Below, piece after piece: positions 8,491 through 15,384 of a stretch of DNA of 64,000 bases. Positions within the stretch are counted from its first letter, which is position 1. Each line of letters begins with the position of its first letter. The stretch comes from Kiritimatiellia bacterium (lineage in GTDB: Bacteria; Verrucomicrobiota; Kiritimatiellia; RFP12; UBA1067). The position numbers and the translations under genes were made by a program. The notes under the pieces were generated by a model. The model did no database searches and was not told where the DNA came from. It saw nothing but the letters and a program-made list of their open reading frames with translations. The DNA lies in NCBI GenBank assembly GCA_045617985.1, contig JAZLJP010000054.1:3330-67329 (forward strand), written 5' to 3'.

Positions 8491-10526
8491 GCGAGAGCGC
8501 GTTTTTCCAGGATCTCGCCGTGTTGATGGCGGTGGCGGGAGGCGTATCGGTCATTTTCGGCCGTTTCCGCTGGCCGAAGGTCATCGGGTTCCTCCTTGCG
8601 GGCGTGCTTCTGGGCGAACACACGTGGGGCGGATCGTTCTTGGCCGATCCGAAGAGCATCAATACCATCGGCCAGCTCGGCATCGTGTTTCTCATGTTCA
8701 CGCTCGGGCTTGAATTCAGTGCCGAAGACATGAAGAAGGTCAAGCATGTCACCATCCCTACGGCGGCCTTCGATACGATCATGATGATCTGGCTCGGGTA
8801 CACGGTGGGCCGGCAGCTCCTGGGCTGGAACAGCGTGCAGAGCCTTTTCCTGGGGGCGGCCATCTGCGATTCGGCAACGACGCTTCTTGCAAAGACGATC
8901 GAGGAGATGAAGTGGGGCGGCCGCCCGTTCGTGCGTTTCATCTTCGGTACGACGATTTTCGAAGATATTCTCTGCGTGGGCGTGATCGCGCTTGTCACGG
9001 GCGTGGCCCATGGCAATGGCATGAGCGCGGGCGATGTGGGGCTTTCGCTCGGCGGGCTTCTGGCCTTCCTCATTTTCGTTCTCGTCTTCGGCCTTGTTTT
9101 CGTGCCGCGTTTTCTGAACCGGGTCGGGAAGATGAAGGACGACGAGGCGCTTCTTCTCACCTTGCTCGGCTGTTGCTTCCTCGTGAGTTTCGTTGCCTAC
9201 AAGCTCGATTATTCGCTTGCGATGGGGGCCTTCCTCGTGGGAATTCTCGGCGCGTCGAGCGATGTGCGCCAGCGGCTTCATGAACTTGCTGCGCCGCTCA
9301 GAAACATGTTTGCCGCCGTCTTCTTCGTGACGATCGGCTTGTTGGTGGATCCTGCCGTGTGCCTTCATCACGCGGCGACGATCCTCGGCCTCGTTGTTCT
9401 TGTGATGGGCGGGAAGTTCTTCAATTGCTTCGTCATGTCGATTCTGACGGGGCAGAAGGTGAAGGACGCGGTGCAGACGGGTTTCGGGCTCGCGCAGATT
9501 GGGGAATTCGCATTCATGGTGGCGCTCATCTACATGACGCAGACGGGAGACCTCTCAAGCCCGATGTACCAGATCGTCGTGGGTGTTTCGCTCATCACGA
9601 CGATTCTCAATCCCGTCATGCTGCGCCTCTCCGACCCGGTAGGCGACTGGTGCGAGGTGCATCTGCCGGAACGGGTGCGGGGGTGGATGGCGGCCTATCG
9701 CGATTGGCTGGCGCGCTTTCAGGGCGCGGTGGTGCCGTCGGCCCTGCAGAAGCATATTCGCAGCCGCTTCATCTGGTTGGGCGTGCTCGCGATCCTGAAT
9801 CTGTGCGCGGCGATTGTGGCATCCGCATTCTGTGAACACGAATATCGGAGCTTCCCGTTCTTCGAAGCGCACAAGCGCCTCTTCATCTGCCTGGGCGCGC
9901 ACCTTTTCTTCGCTTCGCTTCTTGCGCCGGCCTACGGGCTTGCGCGTTCTCTCGGGCGCGATATTGCCATTGTGCTTACGGGGACGCGTCAGCCGCGCAA
10001 GTGGAAGAGCGCCGTACAGCTCGTTGTGATGTGGTTTACGGTGGGGGCGGTGATGATCCTCGCGTTTGCCGAATTCGTGATGCTCATGCTCAACCTCTTG
10101 CCCGACGAACGGCCGGCGCGCCTTTTGGTGCTGGGCATTTTCTTCGTCGTGGGCATCTTGGGCTGGAAGCGCTTCCGCCGGGCGGGCCGGGCGGCCGGGT
10201 ATCGGTTCGGCAAGGCGATTCGTGCGGAGAAGCGGCGGGAGGAACGGGGAAAACGCGAGACGGCGGAAAAGGGCGTTACGCTCACGCTCCCGAGCGACTA
10301 CTACACGTACATCCCGATCGAACCCGGTTCGCCGGCCGTGGGCGAGACGATTCGCGGCCTCGACATTCGGGCGAAGACGGGGGCGAGTGTCGTTGCCGTT
10401 ATGCGTAACGAGGCGCGCTTCCGCAATCCGGGCCCGACGTGGTGCTTTGAAATCGGCGACCAGGTGAGCGTGATTGGTTCGCCGCCGCAACTGGCCGCGT
10501 TTCGTGAATTGGTGAAACCGAAATGA
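8487..10526 (+). CDS. CPA2-type cation:proton antiporter with C-terminal RCK_C (TrkA-C) domain
   Basis: The start at 8487 (MSESAFFQDLAVLMAVAGG...) overlaps the tlyA stop. Multi-TM Na+/H+ exchanger-like core (GFLLAGVLLGEH, GLEFS). C-terminal GETIRGLDIRAKTGASVVAVMRNE...IGDQVSVIGSPPQL. The upstream extension from 8112 overlaps tlyA and reads as junk. Confidence 0.8.
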   Translation: MSESAFFQDLAVLMAVAGGVSVIFGRFRWPKVIGFLLAGVLLGEHTWGGSFLADPKSINTIGQLGIVFLMFTLGLEFSAEDMKKVKHVTIPTAAFDTIMMIWLGYTVGRQLLGWNSVQSLFLGAAICDSATTLLAKTIEEMKWGGRPFVRFIFGTTIFEDILCVGVIALVTGVAHGNGMSAGDVGLSLGGLLAFLIFVLVFGLVFVPRFLNRVGKMKDDEALLLTLLGCCFLVSFVAYKLDYSLAMGAFLVGILGASSDVRQRLHELAAPLRNMFAAVFFVTIGLLVDPAVCLHHAATILGLVVLVMGGKFFNCFVMSILTGQKVKDAVQTGFGLAQIGEFAFMVALIYMTQTGDLSSPMYQIVVGVSLITTILNPVMLRLSDPVGDWCEVHLPERVRGWMAAYRDWLARFQGAVVPSALQKHIRSRFIWLGVLAILNLCAAIVASAFCEHEYRSFPFFEAHKRLFICLGAHLFFASLLAPAYGLARSLGRDIAIVLTGTRQPRKWKSAVQLVVMWFTVGAVMILAFAEFVMLMLNLLPDERPARLLVLGIFFVVGILGWKRFRRAGRAAGYRFGKAIRAEKRREERGKRETAEKGVTLTLPSDYYTYIPIEPGSPAVGETIRGLDIRAKTGASVVAVMRNEARFRNPGPTWCFEIGDQVSVIGSPPQLAAFRELVKPK

Positions 10527-12055
10527 CCGCTGACGAGAACCAGCTTGAGGCGTGGCTCAATGCGCGCGAACCCGCCCCCCCCGCAAAGGGCCGCTTCCGC
10601 CAAGGGGCGGTTCTCGGCGAATGGCGGATCGAGGCCTACCTCGGAAAGGGGTGCTCGGCGGAAGTCTATCGTGTTGTCAACACGCGTACAGGCCGCGAGG
10701 GCGCGCTCAAGTTGTTGGTGAGCGAGGACGACGGCATTCGAGAGCGCTTCCTCGTGGAGATGGATACCATCCGCTTCTTGCAGTCGGGGGCGTTCCCGAC
10801 CTTCTACGGGAGCGGCGTAGGGGGGGGCGAGCCCTATTATGTGATGGAGTATTTGCAGCCGTTTCTTTTCCCTTTGCCGCGCAAGGAGATCCCGGCGTTC
10901 ATGGTTGCCGTGGCGAAAGCCGTCCAGCGCCTGCATAATGCCGGTTACGTGCATCGCGATCTCAAACCGTCGAACATCCTCCGCCGCCGTAATGGCCAAC
11001 CGGTTTTGATCGATCCGGGACTGGTGAAGAAAATGGAGGTGACCGCGGCGCAAACGCGTCCGTCGGCTCTTTCGCTTGTCAATGGCCGGCCCGTGGGCGT
11101 GGGGACGCTTGACTATGCGGCTCCCGAACAGCTTTTGAAGGGCATCGCCTCGGCTCGAAGCGACGTCTTTTCCCTTGGCAAGGTGCTTGCGGCCTGTTTT
11201 GAGGAGAAGCCGAAAGGCCAGTGGCTCGCGATCATCCGCCGTGCGACGCAGGAGTCTCCCGACGATCGCTATGATTCGGCCGACGATTTTGCGCGTGCCA
11301 TTCGTCGGCGCCGGTTGCCGTTTCTCTTTACCCTCTTTTTCGCGTGTCTGCTCATGGGATTTGCTGTCACGATTTTTCTGTCTTGGCCGGAGCCTCCGCC
11401 GGAATTCCCGCAGATGGCGGCGCCCATGGTTGAACCGCCTCCTAATCCCGAATCGCTGCTCAAGCTGGCCGATGAGACCGAGGCCGCCCACTTGAAGCGC
11501 CTTTTGCCGTTGGCGGAAAAAGACAACGTGGCGGCGCAGCTGCTTGTTGCGGAGGCGTTCTTCTACGGTCGCGGCACGCCCACGAACCGTATTGCGGCGG
11601 TCGAATGGTATCAACGGGCGGCGGCGGCGGAAAATGCGGATGCGGAAGCCTCGCTTGGCCTCTGCTATCTTTATGGCTACGGATGCGAGAAGAATGCCGA
11701 TATCGCGGTTGAATGGTTCATCAAGGCCGCCGAGGCGGGAAACGCGGTTGCCATGACGAATCTGGCATTTTGCTATTTGAACGGACGAGGCGTGGAGCCG
11801 GACGACGACGAGGGGTTCCTCTGGGCGCGCGATGCGGCCGAACACGGCCACGCCCCCGGCCAGGTCCTTTTAGGGGAATGCTATTTGACGGGGAAGGGCA
11901 CGCCTGTTGATAAGGACCGGGCCGAACTCTGGTTCCGGGCTGCCGCGCGCCAGGGCAACCGCCGCGCCGTGACGCTTCTCGAAACCCTTACGGAAAATCC
12001 GCCTGCAGACGCGGCGCAATCAACGACTGGACAATCTTCCGCAACCGCTCCATGA
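10523..12055 (+). CDS. Ser/Thr protein kinase with TM segment and extracytoplasmic Sel1 (TPR-like) repeats
   Basis: Hanks motifs LGKGCSAEVY, ALKLL, HRDLKPSNIL and GTLDYAAPEQ. DFG is replaced by DPG (LIDPGL). TM segment LPFLFTLFFACLLMGFAVTIFL. Four Sel1-like repeats (AEAFFYGRGTPTN..., LGLCYLYGYGCEKN..., LAFCYLNGRGVEPD..., LGECYLTGKGTPVD...). Confidence 0.85.
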   Translation: MTADENQLEAWLNAREPAPPAKGRFRQGAVLGEWRIEAYLGKGCSAEVYRVVNTRTGREGALKLLVSEDDGIRERFLVEMDTIRFLQSGAFPTFYGSGVGGGEPYYVMEYLQPFLFPLPRKEIPAFMVAVAKAVQRLHNAGYVHRDLKPSNILRRRNGQPVLIDPGLVKKMEVTAAQTRPSALSLVNGRPVGVGTLDYAAPEQLLKGIASARSDVFSLGKVLAACFEEKPKGQWLAIIRRATQESPDDRYDSADDFARAIRRRRLPFLFTLFFACLLMGFAVTIFLSWPEPPPEFPQMAAPMVEPPPNPESLLKLADETEAAHLKRLLPLAEKDNVAAQLLVAEAFFYGRGTPTNRIAAVEWYQRAAAAENADAEASLGLCYLYGYGCEKNADIAVEWFIKAAEAGNAVAMTNLAFCYLNGRGVEPDDDEGFLWARDAAEHGHAPGQVLLGECYLTGKGTPVDKDRAELWFRAAARQGNRRAVTLLETLTENPPADAAQSTTGQSSATAP

Positions 12056-12605
12056 GGCGTTTCTTGATTTGATCCACGTTGTTGCGCGTGGTGCCGAACC
12101 TTTGGGCGACGGCTTCCGGCGATTCATGCCGAAGCGCCACGCATTCGAAAATGACGCGGGTGTTCGTGGCCAGCGACTGGTCGGCAAGAAGCTGTTCGAC
12201 GGCGGTTTCCATGGCGTTCTTCTTCCACGTTTCGAACTCTTCCTGTGTAGCAGAAGACGACGCCTGCGGGCGGAACGTGGGGTCGGTCGTGAATCTATCG
12301 ATGTGGTCGTTTTCGCGTTCGTTCTTCCGCAGAACGTCAAGCGCCTTGTGCTTGACGATTCCCATGAGATAGTTCCGGAAATGCCCTTTCTCATCAGGGG
12401 TATAATGGTAGTTGGGAAGGCTCTTTGCCAACGCCCGCATCGTTTCCTGGAGGATGTCATCGGCATCCAACGACGGATAGTTGGCATAGACGAAGCCGCG
12501 AATCGGCCCCTCATAGGTTTGGTAGAAGCGATACCACTGATCGTTCGCCGTGTCGGCGGCAACGGCGCGGAGCAAGGTGATGGAGGTTTGCGGAATATCT
12601 GACAT
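11988..12605 (-). CDS. ECF-type RNA polymerase sigma-70 family factor
   Basis: 205 aa. N-terminal TSITLLRAV...W..FYQTYEGPIRGF resembles sigma region 2. The C-terminus carries a region-4 HTH (SPEAVAQRFGTTRNNVDQIKKRLMERLRKI). No anti-sigma-like ORF is adjacent. Confidence 0.8.
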   Translation of the reverse strand: MSDIPQTSITLLRAVAADTANDQWYRFYQTYEGPIRGFVYANYPSLDADDILQETMRALAKSLPNYHYTPDEKGHFRNYLMGIVKHKALDVLRKNERENDHIDRFTTDPTFRPQASSSATQEEFETWKKNAMETAVEQLLADQSLATNTRVIFECVALRHESPEAVAQRFGTTRNNVDQIKKRLMERLRKIVQSLIAPRLQADFP

Positions 12606-12612
12606 GGGAATA

Positions 12613-12640
12613 AGTATAGCATATTTTTCGGCGGTTTCAA
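12613..12640 (-). promoter_or_regulatory. promoter of the ECF sigma gene (predicts a leaderless mRNA)
   Basis: The minus strand reads TTGAAA, N16 (ending in TG at the extended -10 position), TATACT, tattccc, ATG. Only 7 nt separate the -10 from the start codon. Confidence 0.55.
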
Positions 12641-12717
12641 CTGCTTTACCGTCTTGAAGTGAAACACCTTCCCGTTGATTTTACCGCCAGAGATGGCTGG
12701 AAACGGTTTCGGCGTTA

Positions 12718-12726
12718 TGGTATAAT
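12718..12726 (+). promoter_or_regulatory. extended -10 promoter of proC (predicts a leaderless mRNA)
   Basis: TGGTATAAT, gaagcc, ATG. Six nt separate the -10 from the proC start codon, leaving no room for a Shine-Dalgarno sequence. Confidence 0.55.
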
Positions 12727-12732
12727 GAAGCC

Positions 12733-13545
12733 ATGAAAACGAAAGTGAAACTTGGCTTCTTCGGCGCAGGAAAAATGGCGGAGGGCATCCTTGCCGCAGC
12801 TGCGCAGGTGAAGGATTTCAATCCGGCCGCCGTTCTGATGGCGGAGAAGATTCCGGCCCGCGCGGCCGAACTCGCAAAGAAGTACGGTGTGGCCACCACG
12901 GATGACGCGCGTGACGTCGCGAAGGCCGCCCCCGTCATCTTCCTCGCGGTGCGCCCGCAGGATCTCGCCGCCCTCGCGGCGGAGGTGAAGCCGTTCCTCT
13001 CGGAAAAGACGCTCGTCGTTTCCATCGCCGCCGGCAAGTCGCTTCAGGCGCTTAAAAAACTGCTCGGCGCGAAGGTGCGTCTCGTGCGCGTGATGCCGAA
13101 CCTCGCCCTGCGCGCGAAGGAAGGCATGTGCGCGATTTGCCCGGCGAAGAACGCGACGCCGGCCGATGTGAAGAAGGTCGAGAAGATCCTCGGCGCCGCC
13201 GGCCGCACGGTGGTTCTGCCGGAAAAGAATTTCGATGCCGTGACGGCGCTCTCGGGAAGCGGCCCCGCCTTTTTCGCCTATATGGAACAGGCGATGGCCG
13301 CCGGCGGCGAAGCGCTCGGGCTTCCGGCCGCTGCGGCGCGTCTTCTTGCCGAGCAGACGATGCTCGGTACGGCCGCCTACCTGCGTCAGAGCGGGGCGAA
13401 CCTTGAAACGTTCATTTCGGGCGTTGCAACGCCGGGCGGTACCACGGCCGCCGGGATGGATGTGATGCGCGCCTCTGATTTTCAGAACGTCGTCGCCGCC
13501 ACGCTCAAGGCGGCGGCAGATCGTTCTGCCGAACTCGGCCGCTAA
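12733..13545 (+). CDS. proC: pyrroline-5-carboxylate reductase
   Basis: 270 aa. Rossmann motif LGFFGAGKMAEGIL at residues 7-20. C-terminal ProC signature VATPGGTTAAGM. Confidence 0.9.
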   Translation: MKTKVKLGFFGAGKMAEGILAAAAQVKDFNPAAVLMAEKIPARAAELAKKYGVATTDDARDVAKAAPVIFLAVRPQDLAALAAEVKPFLSEKTLVVSIAAGKSLQALKKLLGAKVRLVRVMPNLALRAKEGMCAICPAKNATPADVKKVEKILGAAGRTVVLPEKNFDAVTALSGSGPAFFAYMEQAMAAGGEALGLPAAAARLLAEQTMLGTAAYLRQSGANLETFISGVATPGGTTAAGMDVMRASDFQNVVAATLKAAADRSAELGR

Positions 13546-13560
13546 GCAGGGGGGGGCGCC

Positions 13561-14412
13561 ATGAAGCAGATCGTCCGTCAGATCGCCGAGCTCATCCATA
13601 CGACGTCGAGCGCCTTGGCGCCTGATGCCGAAGCGGCCTTGCGCGGGGCGATGCGCCGCGAGGCCAGGGGATCGAGCGCGCGCATGGTGCTCGAGACGAT
13701 TCTCGCGAATGTGGCGTTGGCCCGTACGGCCGGCACGCCCGTTTGCCAGGATACGGGCACGCTCGCGTTTTTTGTCGATGAAACCCTGCGCCGTGTTGCG
13801 CCGCGCGCGGCATTTGAAGAGGCGGTGGCCTTTGCAAGCGCGCAGGGATGGCTTCGAAGGAATACGATCGATTCGATTTCCGGCGCGTCCATCGATTCGA
13901 ATGTGTGCCCGGGCTCGCCCGTCCTCCACTATGTCGAGGCGCCCACGGGAACGCGGGCGAACAAAGGGCGCATCCGCCTCATCATGAAGGGGGGCGGAAG
14001 CGAGAATATGAGCCGCCAGTTCTCCCTGCCCGATGCGGGTTTGAAGGCCGGGCGCGATTTGGAAGGCGTGCGCAAGTGCGTGCTCTCCGCCGTCCAGCAG
14101 GCGCAGGGGTTCGGGTGTGCGCCAGGTTTCCTGGGCGTGTGCGTGGGCGGCGATCGTGCGAGCGGGTTTGAAGAGGCGAAGCTCCAGCTTTTGCGCGCGA
14201 TGGACGATGTCAATCCCGTTGCGCCTCTTGCGAAACTCGAACGGCGGATTTTGAAAGAGGCGAATAGCCTGGGGATCGGCCCGATGGGGCTCGGCGGGAA
14301 AACGACGCTCCTTGCGGTGAAGATCGGCGCACGGCCGCGTTTGCCGGCGAGTTTCTTTGTGACGGTTGCCTACATGTGCTGGGCGGCGCGGCGTGGCGAG
14401 GTGAGGATTTGA
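13561..14412 (+). CDS. class I (Fe-S) fumarate hydratase / tartrate dehydratase, alpha subunit
   Basis: 283 aa. The CQDTGT motif and overall layout match the N-terminal catalytic domain of Fe-S hydro-lyases. A beta subunit gene follows. Confidence 0.8.
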   Translation: MKQIVRQIAELIHTTSSALAPDAEAALRGAMRREARGSSARMVLETILANVALARTAGTPVCQDTGTLAFFVDETLRRVAPRAAFEEAVAFASAQGWLRRNTIDSISGASIDSNVCPGSPVLHYVEAPTGTRANKGRIRLIMKGGGSENMSRQFSLPDAGLKAGRDLEGVRKCVLSAVQQAQGFGCAPGFLGVCVGGDRASGFEEAKLQLLRAMDDVNPVAPLAKLERRILKEANSLGIGPMGLGGKTTLLAVKIGARPRLPASFFVTVAYMCWAARRGEVRI

Positions 14413-14414
14413 CC

Positions 14415-14996
14415 ATGGCGATTGAATTGACCTATCCGTTCGGCGAAGAGGCCGTGCGCGCCCTGAAAGCGGGCGATGTGGTGAGTGTGAACGGCACGAT
14501 CTGGACGGGACGCGACCGTTTCCACAAGTATTTTGCCGACGGCGGCGCGTTGCCCGTCGATTTTCGCGATGGTGCGCTCTTTCACTGTGGCCCCGTCGTC
14601 GTCAAGAACGTAGACGGGTCGTGGCGGGTGGTCGCGGGCGGGCCCACGACGAGCGTTCGTGAGAATCCCTATGAGCCGGCGTTCATCAACGAGGCGGGGG
14701 TGAGGCTCATTATCGGAAAGGGCGGCATGAACGCGCAGGTGCTTGAAGCCTGCCGCACGACGGGCGCCGTCTACCTTCAGGCCGTCGGTGGCGCCGCCGC
14801 CGTCATTGCCCAGGCCATTACGCGCGTTACGAATGTCTATTTTCTTGAAATCTTCGGCGCCGCCGAAGCCTGTTGGGAATTCGAGGTGAAGGATTTTCGC
14901 TGTGTCGTTGCCATGGATAGCCACGGCACCTCGCTTTTCGACCAAGTGCAACACGCATCGCAGGAAAAATTCCAAGCCCTCGTGGGCCTCGCGTAA
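14415..14996 (+). CDS. class I (Fe-S) fumarate hydratase / tartrate dehydratase, beta subunit
   Basis: The start MAIELTYPF lies 2 nt after the alpha subunit stop. GTIWTGRDRFHK and GPTTSVRENPYEP...IIGKGGM are typical of the beta (C-terminal) domain. Confidence 0.8.
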   Translation: MAIELTYPFGEEAVRALKAGDVVSVNGTIWTGRDRFHKYFADGGALPVDFRDGALFHCGPVVVKNVDGSWRVVAGGPTTSVRENPYEPAFINEAGVRLIIGKGGMNAQVLEACRTTGAVYLQAVGGAAAVIAQAITRVTNVYFLEIFGAAEACWEFEVKDFRCVVAMDSHGTSLFDQVQHASQEKFQALVGLA

Positions 14997-15017
14997 AAGC
15001 GGGATACCCCGGAAAAA

Positions 15018-15093
15018 TGGTCGGACTGGCGGGGATCGGACCCGCGACCCCAACATTAAAAGTGTCGTGCTCTACCAACTGAGCTACAGTCCG
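15018..15093 (-). tRNA. tRNA-Lys (anticodon TTT)
   Basis: The reverse complement reads CGGACTGTAGCTCAGTTGGTAGAGCACGACACTTTTAATGTTGGGGTCGCGGGTCCGATCCCCGCCAGTCCGACCA. Acceptor stem CGGACTG/CAGTCCG, anticodon loop CTTTTAA, encoded CCA. Confidence 0.9.
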
Positions 15094-15111
15094 TTGTTGG
15101 AATTGGGGGAT

Positions 15112-15140
15112 AGTATACAATAAAAACGCTCGGGATGCAA
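15112..15140 (-). promoter_or_regulatory. promoter of tRNA-Lys
   Basis: The minus strand reads TTGCAT, N17, TATACT, 18 nt upstream of the mature tRNA 5' end. Confidence 0.5.
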
Positions 15141-15247
15141 TCACAAACATGCGGAGATTGCGCGGCGCCGGTGTTTTCGATGTCCATTTTCGGGGTGGAG
15201 GGTCATCGCCCGGCGGAGGTGCGGGAGGTGCCGGAGCGAATTACGGC

Positions 15248-15276
15248 TTGTCTGGACTCGGAATTTATGCCATAAT
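15248..15276 (+). promoter_or_regulatory. promoter of the first GH116 gene
   Basis: TTGTCT, N17, TGcCATAAT. Predicted leader of about 100 nt before the ATG at 15385. Confidence 0.45.
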
Positions 15277-15384
15277 AGGAGCGTTCTGTTTCTCTAGAGG
15301 TCGACGATGGTTGGTTCTTTGCCGCGTGGCGGAACTGTCGTCAAGAGTTGAAAGGGACATGAACGCAAAAGGAGAGGTATTGAG

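Noticed and set aside
12020-12667. An alternative 215-aa minus-strand ORF overlapping the sigma factor gene in another frame.
   Set aside because: It has no sigma-factor or other motifs and is R/S/P-rich. Its start would lie upstream of the predicted promoter elements for the 11988-12605 frame, which shows clear region 2 and region 4 features.
3953-15093. A possible genomic island delimited by the two minus-strand tRNA genes (tRNA-Arg and tRNA-Lys).
   Set aside because: There is no integrase, no visible direct repeat of a tRNA 3' end and no compositional break. The interval contains housekeeping genes (proC, fumarase). The tRNAs look like ordinary chromosomal loci with their own promoters.
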